DNA of 64,000 nt from Octopus sinensis. Its lineage: Eukaryota. The DNA is taken from the NCBI RefSeq assembly GCF_006345805.1, contig NC_042997.1, positions 76,880,001 to 76,944,000 on the forward strand, written 5' to 3'. The notes under the pieces are model-generated. The model did no database searches. It was not told where the DNA came from and worked only from the letters and a program-made list of their open reading frames with translations. Position numbers and translations under genes: made by a program. This document shows positions 1-14,036 of this stretch, one piece after another (position 1 is the first letter of the stretch; each line of letters opens with the position of its first letter).

Positions 1-247
1 ACTTAGACTGTGTCCTGCTAACTATCAGGCTCCTATACTCCCATACATCATTGTTGTTTTTTAATGCAATAAATTCTGCAATGTGAACTACATCGTTGCC
101 ATACAAAAGTACAATAAACAGCCTGTCTTAAACTGCTATTTTGAAGAAGGGAGCTAAAGACCAAACCTTGATACAAATCCAGATATGCACTAAATTTTTC
201 AGAGTTCACTGCTGATCTCCGCTTGGCTTTTAACAACTTTGTCTTTA

Positions 248-670
248 GGTATAGGCATGGTGTGGGGTTCAGGTGTTCATTTTGCAACCATGTGACTGTA
301 AGTTCAATCCCACTGCCAGGCACATTGGGTAAGTGTATTCTACTAAAGTTCCAAGCCAATCAAAGCCTTATGTCTGAATTCAGTCAACAGAAACTAAAAA
401 GAAGCCTGCCCTATGTGTGTGTGTGTGCACGTCCATCCATCTGACCGTCCCTGTCCTTGTTTTTACATCACCTACTAATTATAAACAAATTTCAGCACCA
501 TGCAGACAGTGATGCTTATTTGCAATCTTCTGTGAAAACATGTCTAAACTAGGAACTAAATATCCTGCTTGGTAACAAGGAAGTGTTGGCAACAAGAAGA
601 GCATCCAGCTGTAGAAATTTTGCTTCAATAAATATCATTCATGCAAATATGGAGAAGTAGGTGATGTAAA
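248..670 (+). mobile_element. Degenerate tRNA-derived SINE (local family A)
   Basis: Head (ggcatggtgtgg...gttcaatcccactg...ttgggtaagtgt), body (caaagcc...gaaactaaaaagaagcc, TG tract) and tail (gcatccagctgtagaaa) match the copies at 9925-14150 and 54593-54765. Confidence 0.55.
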
Positions 671-720
671 AGTTTTGAGCACTAACTAGTCATTCAGTCA
701 TTTTTTATTGCCTTCTAGAC

Positions 721-3575
721 CAGGGGTCTCCAAAGTACGGCCCGCGGGCCGGATTCGGCCCGCCAAGGTTTTTAATCCGGCCCGCCGAGCTGTCCTCCAA
801 AATTATAAAACAAATGTCGAAAAACAAGCCTTGCCGAAATCATACAAAAACAAATATACTTTACACCCCTTTTAATACGTTTGACAAATATAGTACAGCA
901 AATAGACGCAAGACGACGCTAATTGATTTGCCATCAATTAATGTCTTTAAATTGCGCCGGCGAATTAAAAATTTATACACTAAACTTTAGTGTAAATATA
1001 GGTTCTTTTCCACTCCCCCCGTTTTAACTGACCCATCAGAACCACCATAAAATGAATTAACTTCGCTATGGAGCTACCTATCATTCATATTAGATAATAG
1101 GCGATTGTCAGTGAGATGGATGGTGCTGCTTACAATGAAGCAGAGATTCAATTTCTAGCTTTATTGATGTCGCAGAAAAGTCAACCTATTCCGTCAACTG
1201 TCGAGAGAGCAGATACGACAAGTATGACATTAATAAAAGTCCCGTGCCTAGTATAATAAAAGAAGACAAATATCGATTTATCGATGTTACCTACATCTCA
1301 CAAGCGATGAATAGAGAGGGTTGAGCCTGACGTTGTGTGGTGGTTTCTAATCCTGGTGCAGTCGCCAATCAGCGTGGAGTAAAGTTCGATGCGCATTCCG
1401 TCAGTCAGCACAGACTTGGCATTTTCGTTGTGCACAAGTGTGAGTCATTTGTCGTCCTCGCTGCCGAAGTGAATGCACGTATCGAGTGACCTGTGAATAT
1501 TGTTTTTACTTGTTTCGTTCTTTTACATATATCGTCGAGCAAAATCTGTCGACCCATGGTAAAAATGTTAGCTCAAGGAAGAAAACGAAAAATCGACTCT
1601 GAGTGTAGAGTTTTTAAGGAACAATGGAACATAGACTATTTTGTCATAGAGTCAAACAACAAGGCACTATGCGTTATATGCACCGACACAATTGCAGTAC
1701 TTAAAGAGTACAACATTCGGAGACATTATGAAAAAAAGCATTCATCACAGTACTACCAATTCATTGGACAGCTACGTAAAGAGAAATTTGACAAATTAAA
1801 GAAGAATTTATCATCAATGCAGTTTGTTTTCAAGAAGAAGGCTGTAGAAAGAGAGAGCAACAAGAGCAAGCTTCCATGTTGCTAACCTTTTGGCGAAGAA
1901 AGGTAAGCCATTTACAGATGGTGAACTTATTAAAAAGTGCTTGAATGAGGTAGCTACGGAAATGTGTCCAGAAAATGTAGATTTATTTTCCGCAATTAGT
2001 CTTTCTGCGAACACTGTTGCTCGTAGGGTTGAACATATTGAAAGAAATATTAAATCACAGCTAAAAGACAAAGCCAGCAATTTTGTATGCTTTTCTGTTG
2101 CACTTGATGAGTCAATTGATGTATCAGACACATCCCAATTGTTATTGTTCATCAGAGGAATAAATGCCAATTTTGAGATTACTGAGGAACTTGTATCTGT
2201 GCACAGCATGCATGGAACAACAAGGCATAGATATTTTTAGAGAAGTGGAAAAGTCAGTGGCTGAGTATAATTTGGAATGGAAAAAACTAAAATGCATAAC
2301 AACAGATGGTGGCAGAAATATGTGTGGAACCAAAAAGGGCTTAGTTGGGCAAATTAACAAAGTAATTGAGAATTCCGGTGGATTGAAACCTTTGGTATTG
2401 CATTGTATTCTTCATCAGCAAGCACTGTGTGGAAAGCATCTTGATTTATCATCTGTATTAGATCCTGTGATTTCCACTGTTAACTACATAAGATCTCATG
2501 GACTCAAACATCGCCAATTTCGTGATTTCTTGGAGGAAATGAATGCTGAGTTTCCAGACCTACCTTACTATACTTCAGTAAGATGGCTTAGCTATGGAAA
2601 AATTCTGGCTAGATTTTTTGAGCTTCGAACTGAAATTGAAATTTTTTAAATGAGAAAAACCATTCACAGGTGTTGCTCAAAGACAGTGAATGGCTCTGGA
2701 AATTAGCATTTTCAGCCGATTTAACTATGCATCTCAATGATTTCAACCTACGGATACAAGGTGAAACTTCACTCATCTGTGATTTGTACTCAAAGGTGAA
2801 AGCTTTTCGTAAGAAATTAATACTATTTGAAAGTCAGTTAACAAGAAGCTGCTTTACTCATTTTTTTTCACGATGTGACAAATATAGACAGGAAGCTGCC
2901 ACTCCATTTCCAAACTTGTTTGCTCAAGATGTCATTTTAGCTTTGAAACAACAGTTTGAAGAACGTTTTTCTGATCTTGATGCATGTTCTTCAAAACTAA
3001 GAATTTTTGAAAATCCATTTAACTCTGTTATTGGAGACTTACCTTCTGAGTTACAAATGGAAGTTATTGATTTGCAATCCAATGACATCCTGAAGGACAA
3101 ATATAAAGAGGGAAATTTGATTGAATTCTACAAATGCCTTCCATCCGACCAATTTCTTCATTTAAGGAGGTTTGCCTGTGAATTCATTTCAGTTTTTGGC
3201 ACCACATATTTGTGTGAGAAGACTTTTTCAAAGATGAAATACACAAAATCCTGCTACAGATCACAATTGTATGATGAACATTTAAATGCATTGCTTGTTA
3301 TTGGAACCACTCATTTTGAACCTCAGTTGGACAAAATTTTGTCAGAAATGAAACAATTTCATGTTTCCCCTATTGATCAAAGTTAAAAAAAACATGTTAA
3401 TTGTTACTGATATTATATACATTGTGATTATGTACTGAATAAATAACCTTTTTTAATTATTAATTCACTATTTATTTATATTATTTTGGTAAAATAAATA
3501 ATTTAGAACCTTGGCCCCCGTAGCTTTAAAAATTCAGCAATGTGGCCCTCCGCTGGAAAACTTTGGAGACCCCTG
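721..3575 (+). mobile_element. Full-length hAT DNA transposon, Charlie/GTF2IRD2-like group, 2855 bp
   Basis: Perfect 16-bp TIRs CAGGGGTCTCCAAAGT (721-736 and 3560-3575). Identical 8-bp TSD TTCTAGAC (713-720 and 3576-3583), matching the NTCTAGAN preference of Charlie-type hATs. Internal transposase. Confidence 0.96.
1556..3386 (+). pseudogene. hAT transposase (GTF2IRD2/EPM2AIP1-like), disrupted
   Basis: KRKIDSECRVFKEQW, a BED-like finger (CVIC...RRHYEKKH), FSVALDES, CITTDGG, LHCILHQQ, VRWLS and C-terminal FGTTYLCEKTFSKM. Frameshifts near 1855 and 2220 and a break near 2647 split it into four ORF-track pieces. Confidence 0.93.
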
Positions 3576-4459
3576 TTCTAGACTATAATCCTCTTGAAGT
3601 CATCAAATATTTAAAGGTTGTTTATGCTTCGCCAAGTTTCTTCATAGTTTTCTCATTTATGGGTCCGCCATGCATGACAAATTTATCTAGCAGTAAATTT
3701 ATTATAACTCCTGCTATTATTTTACAAACTTTATTCATTAGCTTAAGAAACCCATAATTTTCCCTTTTTAGCACATCTACATAGTAGTAAATGATGGTGT
3801 TGCTACACCAGTCATTGAGAATAACAATTACCTACAGACTTGATTTTGTAAGCAAATGACTAGTGCTACACTGACTGACTTGTAATATTCAGTACCTCAG
3901 CAACTATATTTGAATTTCTTGAATCTCTTTAAAGCAATTATAGAAACAGTCCCTCTTGTAATTTCTAGTGTTTAACTGTCTATTTGGCTCCACTATCTCA
4001 CTTTATCTTTGGTCATTAACTTGGAATGGTTTCAAAATATTTTTCTTAGTTGCAGGCACAACTCTGTGGTGAATCCAATTATGCTGTATGCTATTTTGAA
4101 GAAATAAGTTGACCAGTATTTTCTGAATGGAATTTAGTATCTGGAAACTGTGCAGAAGCTTGTTGAATACATGTTTATGTGTTTGTTTAAAAACCTGATG
4201 TGACAGACTACATCCAGAAGATGGCACCCTATGATAATTGCACTCCATTGACTGATGCCCATTAAAAAATAAAAGAATACACACCATTTTGATTACTATC
4301 GATATCAGCAAAATATTTCACCCTATTTTCCATTACCTCCTTCTCAACAAAATTCTAAACAACACTAGCTGAAGAACTATCTTGTAAAATCTAAATAGTT
4401 ACCAAAAGAGCATACCACAATGCTCTCTTCTTCCACTAGCTGTTTCTAACTTATACAGA

Positions 4460-5051
4460 GAACAATTCTACATGACAGTGAGACGTAGACCCTGAACACA
4501 GGATGTGCAAAGGTTAGAAAGGATTGAGGCTACTATGCTCCACTGGATGTGTAATGTACATGTACATGTTAGACAGAGTGCTAGTGTTTTGAGGGAGAAG
4601 TTAGGCATAAGAGGAATTAGTTGCTGTGTGCACTGGTTTAGTCATGTGATGAAGATAGATGCCAACAACTCCATAAAGAAGTACCGATCTCTCAAAGTTG
4701 ATGGAACATGTGGAAGTGGGGGACCCAGGAAGATATGGGATGAAGTACTGAAGAATGACCTCGGGACATTGAACCTTTCAGGTGAGATGCTTGGTGCCTT
4801 GCTGTACTCAAGAACACCCATACTCCACAGCAGAAGTGTTAAGCCCAGTCCTGGTGATGAAAAGCACTTGTGGCAATGCCATGTAAAAGCACCCAGCACG
4901 TGCTGTAAAGTGGTTGGCATTAGGAACGGCATCCAGCCATAGAAACCATGCCAAATCAGACTGGAGCCTGGTGCAGCTCTCCAACATACCAGCTTTGATC
5001 AAACCATCCAATCCATGCCAGCGTGGTCAACAGACGTTAAATGATAATGAT
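4460..5051 (+). mobile_element. RTE-clade LINE 3' fragment with (ATG)n-type tail
   Basis: Degenerate RTE ORF C-terminus (RLERIEATMLHWMC...LREKLGIRGI...WFSHVMKID) followed by the abundant tail ggttggcattaggaacggcatccagcc...gacgttaaatgataatgat. Confidence 0.75.
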
Positions 5052-7764
5052 TTCCACAACCTTTTCATACTTGCTTGAAACAAAGCCTTAATTGGATGTA
5101 GATTCACAGTTACTGCCTTTCACTGTTTTTCACTAGAATTCAAATAAGCCAGAAGTAGCACTTATTAAATATACCATCACACTCGACATTCTGTACATGC
5201 AGGTGGCAAAAATACTACACATTGCATACAATTGTTCCACAATATTCACAGTGCTTTTAGAAATCATGGTAAAAGAAATGAAAACAAAGCACAATATGTG
5301 CATATGACCAACACAAAGAAATTATTATCATTTCATCAGAGACTACACCAGCCTTGTCTCTCTCGTATCCGTCTTTCCACAAAAAACAGATGTGGAACAG
5401 AAAGTAACATATTTGGTTTCATGCAGACTGCTTCAGTAATGAATCTAAAAAAGAAACACCACCTGAGCATGTTTGGTTTTCAAGCCTCCTAACTGCATGT
5501 TCCCTTTCCACTTTCTTTCATTGCAAAAACCCTTCAGAAAACTTTTACAATACTACTTTAAATAAGCTTTAAAAAGTAGCATCTGTAAACTCAAGTGTCA
5601 ACCACTGTGCTGGAATGAGGGATATAGTTTAGAACGTGTGTCATTCTCTGATGGGATTCACTTGTCTGCCTATCACTACAATCTCTAGATATATTCAAGT
5701 CATCAAGAGAACCTCTGCATGATTGCTTAATCTGCTAGAAATAGTAACCAAATTTTCCTTATCACATCTGGATATACAGAAAAGACATGATCTCACTTAG
5801 GTCTTTGATCATAGATTTAATTGGCCAGGACCTGGAGCTACATAGCAACAGTGAACTTACAGGAGCAGATTAGAGTGGGTCAAACATACTAGACTGTTAC
5901 AAAACTGTATCTATGAATTATATCCAGTCATTTAACTAATGACTTTTAATATACATCTGCTCAGTCACATGACCTCACATGATACTTTCATGATCCTTTT
6001 TTATTGTCACTTGGGCATATGTAATGTAACACTTTTAATAGTTAAGCGCTAACCTTTTTGTAACCATGCTTCTGCTCAAACATATCGTTTTTACTTCAGT
6101 TAATTTTGAAAATAATGCAAAATTTAGTAAAATCATTTTGCTAACATGCTTGTGTTTGCAACATAAATTAACATGAAATTTTAATGGAAGGTTTTGATTT
6201 AGATGACTATAAAACATTAAATTTGTTTCATAGAACCAGGGATGATCTTGGATGGGTTGGTATGAAAAGGATCATCAAAAGTAGATGACACTTAATAGTA
6301 TGTAAACTCTTAATCATTCACTAGTAAATTCCTTAACCTTTACTCCTAAATTACCTTTTGTTTAGCATCCAGAGATGGCTTGCTAAAATTATAAATAGTT
6401 AGATAAAGGCTGTGCAGGTATGAAGACTAAGTGTATCTATATATGTGCTTTTATATGTTAGAAATCGTTTCTCAGATTCTTAACCAGGAATCGAAACCTT
6501 AGCCTATAATTTTCTATGAGGTCACTGCTCACACTTATTTTGTTTCAAATGTTTGAGTTAACATTCTCAGGTCAAAAGCAGGTTAATATAGATAAGATAA
6601 TTTACTTTCCATTGTTCTTCAAAATACATTCAGCTTTCCAATAGGTATAGATACTTGCCCTCACAGAACATTAAGAGTCTGTTGTTTTAGCTTCCTCATG
6701 AATTACATCATTCACTTTCTAGCAAGCAACTCTTCCTGACAGACACACTTAGGTAAGTGTCTTAGCCTTAAGCTGGCCAATTCATTGTGAATGAAAGTTG
6801 CAAGAAGCCCATTGTATATGTGTGTGCAAGCTGATATTTTGTGGTGATGATGTTCATATTCATTATGAGCATTATGGACTAGTCACTCTGCATTTTCAAA
6901 GACTTCTGAAATAATAAAAATAAGAAAATCTTTTACTTGAAAATCAAATAAGAATTGATGACTGGAAGTGGATATGGCTGTCAAATCCTGCCTCAAATAA
7001 TTCCCTGTTCAACCCATATGAGTAGAAAAAAAATGGATGAAGAAACTATATATATTGTTATGAACGAAAAATTATATTCAGATAATTTCTTGTTTGTACA
7101 ACACCAAATGAGAACGCTGATTTCTGGTTTTGCAAAACAAGACGGAAAAATAATTCATTGTGGTCACGTGATTTTTGAAACATAGGTGGTATGGTTTGGC
7201 ACACTCTCTACTGTGAACTGTAAATACTACTAGTTGACAACGTGAGGAGTCCATACTGGGAGCCAATTAGTTGACAACATCGAACACATTTGGAATCTGC
7301 TGGAAATCAATATGATGGAAGTTGCCATGAGTGGTTTCTGTGAATAGTTGGTTCAAGGTCAGTGTCATGTGGTCATGGTCAAGCAGTTTGTGTTGAATAG
7401 TTGACACAGTAGTTAGTGTCAGAAGTGGGATGTATATTGCGACAGTGAATATCAGTAGTTAATGTGAACAGTGGCATCTTTCTGTGAAGAGAACAGTTAA
7501 AAGTCAATCCGATGTGATAGTGAATGTGAACAGTGGCGTCTTTGTAAGGTGAATGATTTTGAATTTGCAGCAAAAATAATGTGAACTTGGCAATGTAAAG
7601 AATGCAGAATGGTTACTGGACTATAACGTAAATTCGGGAGTAACAACAGAGTCCATTTAAAATAAAAGGAGATAGAAAAAATAATGGCTCATTAGACTGG
7701 TGAATAAAAGAAAAGCTCACCAAAAGAATATATATATATATAGAAAGAGAGATAGCTAGATAGA

Positions 7765-8110
7765 TGTAGGAATGTTTTTGTGATAAGAAGTTTGCTACCC
7801 AACCTCATAGTTCCAGGTAGTACCTTGGGCTTCTACTATAGCCTCAGGTTGACTAAAGCCTTGTGAGTGGATTTGGTAGACAAACTGAAAAAACTCATCA
7901 TGTGTTGTGTGGTGTACTTTGAGTCTATGTCTTCCACCACTACTTGTTTGTTTGGTATTTTTGCATTCCTATAACATAGCAGTTTGGCAAAAGAAACCAA
8001 AACAATAAGTACCAGGCTTTAAAAAAAAAAATCAAGTGCTGGGGTCAATTCATTCAACGAAAATTCTTCAAGGCAGTGTCCCAGCATGGTAACAATCTAA
8101 TGGCTGAAAC
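7765..8110 (+). mobile_element. Degenerate SINE fragments (family A head plus CR1-tailed SINE end)
   Basis: aagaagtttgctacccaac...ctactatagcctc...aaagccttgtgagtggatttggtagac, then aagtgctggggtcaattcattcaac...aaggcagtgtcccagcatgg. Confidence 0.6.
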
Positions 8111-9924
8111 AGATAAAAGATATGTGTGTATTTATAACAATGAAAAAAATGAACAGTGCAAAATATTTCAAGCCTGTGACAAACAAGTTGGTGACAGTTA
8201 CATCTCCAGAAAGAATTTAAAAACTTGTTGCTGCTCTTCAAACAAAATGATTACCAAATGACAAAAGTGTAAGTAATGTCATAACATGGATTGCAAGATT
8301 AGTGTGTTTAATTCTTTTTTTTTTTTTTTTTTATTTCAAATTATCAAATTTCCAAAAACCTTTTATCCATCTGGATCTATTTTAAATATATGAAGTATTA
8401 TATATATATCCAAATTCCTCTGCAATGCACAGATGGCTTCTCCCATCAGCTTATGTTGCTGCTTTGGCACTTGTGTGTTTTTATCTCACTCACTTCCTTA
8501 CACCATATTCAGGATGTAGTGACAAAGTGGTGGGGTGGGGGATGGAAACCAATTACATACAGTTCCAGAAAGTGAGTGTAGTACATAGTTACTTTCTTTC
8601 TTGAGAGGATAGCATAGGGGAGGTAGTTAAGCATCTTTTGTGGACAGTGGCATTCTTCTAAAAGTAAGGTTATTTATTTTAACTGATGAATACACAGCAA
8701 CACCAAAAGTGAGTGTTGTGAGCGGACCTACTCATCTCAAAATATTTATCTCTTTCACTTTCTGTGTGGATACTCTTGCAATTAAAGAGTTCAAATTTCT
8801 TTCATACTCTCAAAGTTTTGACATTTCTTTTACTTCTAGCAAGATATATCTGCTTTACCTTTCTGCAAAGCTTCTATATTTTTTACACACCCCTTTCAAA
8901 TCCATCACTCGCTTCAAGCAGTAACTCTTTCTATTATCAGGTTTTACTACTAAGTTATATGCTTCCTGGTTTCTGGCATCTTTGTGAACATGCTTTTTTC
9001 CTATAATTTATTATTAATAATAATCATTTAAACAAAGTCTGTATTTTATTACTTTTATTCCATTGTTTTGAAGCAGTATATGAAACAGTAATGTTAACGA
9101 TTATGTAAAGCTTTGTTTGACATACTGCTTTGTATTGTAAATAAATTATTCATAATACAGTTTAGGAGAAATTGCCATTTAACTTTTTTCAACTTTTTTT
9201 CCTTCTACTTTAAAAGAATTTTTTTACTCTGAATTATAAAATTTTAGTACTTTAAAGCTCATAAGAAAGTACATGTTAATGTTCTAGTTAAACATAAGTG
9301 ACAGGCTTCGTTTTAAAGATATCATGTTTCTAAAACATGTTATATTGTTTTGTTTCTAATATTATCACTTTAAAGTATCAGTATATTTCTAACTAAAATG
9401 TGTTTTAATTGAATTCTAAAAAAAATTATGAATTTGGACTGGTTTCATAAAACAACTCTTTTATATTTATTGACATAGAAATAGTTTTTGAAAGATAGCA
9501 TAAGAGTTTTTTAAATAAATCCATTAAATCAGTTTTCACTCAAAATAAATTATCACAGATAAATACAGCAAAATGTTGAATCATTTAAATTTTGCTTAAA
9601 CATCAACATAAAAAATTAGTTATTAGCAAGTATTCAAATGAGTATACAAAATTTTCATGGATAAGAATCGTACACATTATTAAATTTTCATTGAACTAAA
9701 ACAAGTGTATCATATAGGTATGGTAAAATAAAATACTAGAATTTATATTTGAAGAAACCTACAAAATTAAATAAATTCACACTCACACACACACACACAC
9801 ACACATGAAAATGACTTGCAAATTTAAATTAATCAAAAGTTGTTACTTACCTCACAGATAAATTAAAATTACAAGTATGTAAATAAATAAAAATGAAGTA
9901 AATCTGGTAAAACATCTTATATTA

Positions 9925-10183
9925 TCTTGCTTCCCAACCATGTGCTCCTGGATTCAGTTCTCCTGCATGGCACTTTGGACAAAGGCCCTCTACTATGACT
10001 TCAAGTCCCCCCCCCCTTGAAGTCTTGTGAGTGAATTTAGTAGATGGAAACTGAAAGAAGCCTGTTGTATAATGTGTGTGTGTATGCCCTTGTCTTGACA
10101 TCACTTGATAGTTATAAGTAAGCATCGCTGTTATACAAATAACATTTGTTTCCAGTCTTCTGTGTTAGGTCATGGGGAAATAT
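9925..10183 (+). mobile_element. Family A SINE, 5' part (interrupted by the Gypsy element)
   Basis: gcttcccaaccatgtg...ttgtgagtgaatttagtagatggaaactgaaagaagcc...ggtcatggggaaatat; the SINE continues at 14037. Confidence 0.7.
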
Positions 10184-10319
10184 TGTATAACCAGTAAATC
10201 CTGGTTCAAAGAAACTACTTTTTAGTCATAGTCCTGTACGTTATTCCAAATGGCCATTCTCTCTCTTCCTCTTCCTGTCAAATGCACATGCTCTTTATAT
10301 CAACGTTATTTGCTTAACA
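10184..10319 (-). repeat. 3' LTR (136 bp)
   Basis: About a dozen differences from the 13900-14036 copy by manual alignment (~91% identity); adjacent to the PPT. Confidence 0.88.
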
Positions 10320-10439
10320 TTCACTCCCCCTTAGAAAGAGAAGGAACAAAAATCATAAATCAAGCCTTTCCAGGGCTTTCCGAATCCTTTGTGATCAACA
10401 CAACTGAGGGGATTCTTCTTTTTGTTCTTGACAGTTATC

Positions 10440-12976
10440 TCTAGAAGGAGGAGAAATTTCAGTTGGCTCTGTCTGGCTCTTGAGGGATAAATGCTTGGGT
10501 TAGGTTATCAGTTGGGTTAATCTTCCCTGGTGATGCCAATTGTTTTGTGGATACTGGTTTTGCGACTGTCTGGGTAATGGACATGAGTGTATTGGGGGTT
10601 GGCTTCGATTAAATCAACTTGGTCCATGATAGGGTCATACTTGTTAGTACGATTGTTCCTTTGAACATGCGCAGGTCCTGGGTTAAGAAGCCATGTTGGC
10701 GTAGATGTTCCTGTTGCAGAACGTCTTTGATAGTTAAAAAGACGTTCATAAGGAGTTAATGGACATACAAAGTAGAGATCTAATTGAATGCAACACGTCT
10801 GAAAGAACTGTTTCCCATGAAGATACTAGAAAGGCACAGGTTTTCAAAGAGAGTAGTACTGGCTTCCAAATAATGCCATTATATCTTTCTACTTGACTGT
10901 TCCCAGTGGGATTGTATGGTGTCGTCCTACTCATTGCACTGCCCTTACTGAGGAGCCATTCTTTTAATCTTGTAGACATAAAAGCAGTTCCACGATCTGA
11001 ATGTACATAACTGGACATAGCAAAAACTGAGAACAAGTCTGTAAGACACTTTATTACAGTCTGAGCTGACGTGTCAGATACTGGATAACCAAATGGAAAC
11101 TGAGATATTCGTCAACTATTGTTAGGAGATAAGGATGCTTCGTGGAAGGAATTGGACCTTTGAAATCGATGGAAATTCGCTCGAAGGGCTGCATGTCTGA
11201 ATTAAGTTAACTGAGTCTGGTTTATAATATTGTGGTTTCACTTCTTGACATATAGAGCAATTCCTACATATTTGTTTCATGTTCTCTAACAAATAAGGTA
11301 GATTTTTACTGTGGACGAAATGATGAAGGCGTGCTACACCAGGATGGCACAGTGCTGCATGTAACTCATAAAGTGAATGTGAACTAATAGCTGAACAGTA
11401 TACTGTTGTGAATGCATCCGAAGTGATGTTGCTCTATCCTGGGCAATAGTGAATATCAAACGAGTATGGAGATAACACAATGTGCCATCTCATGATTTTA
11501 TCATTTTTAATTTTGCTCGTTGCTTTATAATTATACATGAATGCAACAGAACATTGATCAGTAATTAATGTAAAATGTCTACCTAGAAGAAAGTGTCTCC
11601 AGTGATGAATTGATTCGATAATTGCTTGGGCCTCCTTTTCAACTGAGGAGTGGTACTGTTCGCTACCTTGCAGCGTGCAATAATGCAATGTGACTGGTCT
11701 TCCATCTTGATTTAGTGTCACAGATATAGCAAAATCTGAAGCATCTGTCTCAATAGTAAATGGAATGTTCTCATCTATTACTTGAATGGCAGCATTGGCT
11801 AGTTCTACCTTTAATGATTCAAATGCTTTTACTTGTTGGCTATTTAGAGGATATATTTTGTCAGCAAATTTGGAGATCTACTTAGCATACCGACTATACG
11901 TTTTAATGATTTCTGGTCAGTTGGTGTAGGAAGATTGAGGAGTGGAGCAAGCCTTTCTGGCTGAGGGTATTGTGTGAGATACAGCATCCAAGAAAGTCAA
12001 GAGTTGTTGTTGAGTAAACGTATTTGTCATTCATGGTAAGCCCTTCATTTTTTGCTGCCACTTCAAATTTTTCTAAAATGTTTATCGTGGTCATTTTGAT
12101 CTTTGCCACATATGGTTAAATTGTCTATAAATGGGAAACATATCTCACAGCTTGCATCTACTCACAAAGTCATCCATTATACGTTGGAAACATGCGCTGC
12201 TGTTAGTTACTCCAAATGGCATCCTATGCCATAATTTATCATCATCTTCAAAGACAGTGAATTGACGGTCTTTCCCTGATAGAGGAATCTGATGGTATAC
12301 CAAATGTAAGTCTATAGTACTGTAGACTTTATACTTGGCGATAGTGTTCACTAACTCATCAATTTTAAAAGGGGGTAGGCATCAAGCTGTGTATATTTGT
12401 TAATTGTCTTTGAATAGTCAATCACCATTCTTCACTTTTTTTTTTCTTGAACAACTAGCACTTGTGATCTCTAAAGGGGAGTTACTAGGTTCAATAATGT
12501 TCGCATCTGCTAAGCGGCGTACTTCTGTCCTGATGAACTTTCAATCACATTCCGAGTAGTTTCACAATTTGGCTGCAATAGGTTTACAGTCCTCTCTGAG
12601 ATGAGCAAATAGATATGGAGGATCAGTTTTCATAGCTGTTAGTGCAGTAAATGTTAGTGGTGGTCTCTGTCCTCTGTATTGTATGGTAATACTTTCATAC
12701 TGTTTTTGGAAGTCAGTATACAGAATTAGGTCAGTGCACATGTTTCTGAGCACGTACAGTTTAACATGGTAGTATTTCTGATTATTCAGGGTTAGTGAAA
12801 CAGTGCAGTATCCCTGCAGATTCTGCAGAAAGAGATGCAGAAGCCATACCAATGACGTTCTTCAATTTGACCGTCTTGATGTTGAATGTGTTCACTAGCT
12901 TCTCACTGATGCTCTTATCAGTGCTACCACTGTCAATTAATGCTTTGGCTTTATAGCTATTGTTCAGTATAACCAT
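10440..12976 (-). pseudogene. Gypsy pol (PR, RT, RNase H, integrase), fragmented
   Basis: KALIDSGST (protease); YSTIDL...YHQIPL...RMPFGVTNSSACFQRIMD (RT); YHSSVEKEAQAIIESIHHWRHFLLGRHFTLITDQ (RNase H); VHSDRGTAF...TTPYNPTGNSQVERYNG (integrase). Many stops and deletions. Confidence 0.9.
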
Positions 12977-12985
12977 GGAGGTTAC

Positions 12986-13804
12986 TCAGAAGGGTGAACC
13001 TGCTGATGCTGATACTGCCAATGGCAAATCATCCTGTGTTACAGTTGCTGCATTGCTCCTACACAGTTTTCCAAAATGCCCTATTTTTTGGCATTTGTGA
13101 CAGACTGCTTCCTGCGCAGAGCAGTGAGTCCACAGGTGTCTGGAATAGCTACAAAACCAACATTGAGAGGTGTCTCCTTTTCGTTTCACAGCAGAGCATT
13201 TTCCTTCCTGCTTTGGGGAATCTATTAGCTTAGCTACAATGGGTACAGTTGGACTGAAATTGGCACCCTCAGAGTTTAGAAAGACACTGGAACTCTGTTG
13301 CGCCACGTCTAGTGAATGTTTTTGATCATAAGCTGTACTGAGGTCGACACTTTTGTTTTCTAATAGTCTTTGTCGTATTTGATTCGAAGTGAGCTCATTT
13401 ATAAATACATCTTGAATCATTTCAGACTGGTACTGCTCAGCACTCACTGCAACAAAGTTAGTCTTTCGCTAATATTTTGAGTTTGTTTAAGAACTGGTCT
13501 CGAGATTCCCCTGGTTTCTTGTGGCTAAAAGATGGCATGCCATTATGATGTTCTTTAGTTTAATGTACACACTCTTTAGTGTATTCACAACTTGTTTGTA
13601 GTTCTTAGCTTCACTGATGAATTCGTATGCATTTAGTTTCACATAATTAATCAAAAGATTGAGTTTATTGATAATCCTACCTTCCTGCCCTGGTAGTGAG
13701 TCTATAAAGTTGGTGAAAGTTCTAAACCAGTGATTAAAAGTTTTATCAGCATTTGTAGAATTTGGGTCTACATTCAATCTATCAGGTTTCAAGTATCTTT
13801 CCAT
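12986..13804 (-). pseudogene. Gypsy gag with two zinc-knuckle-like motifs
   Basis: MERYLKPDRLNVDPNS...FNHWFRTFTNF N-terminus; CWFC...H...C and CHKCQKIGHFGKLC near the C-terminus; frameshifted near 13480. Confidence 0.85.
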
Positions 13805-13899
13805 ATCGTTCGCGTCTTTTCACAAATTTCTTTTTCTATAGACTGCTCTGTAACTTTTCCCAATTGTGTATTTTCAGAAATGAGTTTCTTTGATTGTAA

Positions 13900-14036
13900 T
13901 GTATAAGCAGTAAATCCTGGTTGAAAGAGACTAATTTTTAGTCATAGTCCTGTACGTTATTCCGAATGGCCATGCTCTCCCTTCCTCTTCCTGTCAAATG
14001 CACATGCTCTTTTCTATCGACGTTATTTCCATAACA
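13900..14036 (-). repeat. 5' LTR (137 bp)
   Basis: Partner of 10184-10319; lies upstream of the gag ATG at 13804. Confidence 0.88.

Larger units (their letters stand above)
10184..14036 (-). mobile_element. Ty3/Gypsy LTR retrotransposon, decayed, both LTRs present
   Basis: Direct repeats 10184-10319 and 13900-14036 with TG...CA ends. Polypurine tract AAGGGGGAGTGAA on the minus strand next to the 3' LTR (10320-10332). Domain order gag-PR-RT-RNaseH-IN. Confidence 0.92.

Noticed and set aside
200-300. Possible exon (EFTADLRLAFNN, bromodomain-like; GTAAGT at about 298)
   Set aside because: The downstream half is the head of a family A SINE and the motif does not continue as a bromodomain.
7056-7648. 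Possible solo LTR (TGTTA...TAACA)
   Set aside because: No matching TSD, no second copy and no internal domains in the window.
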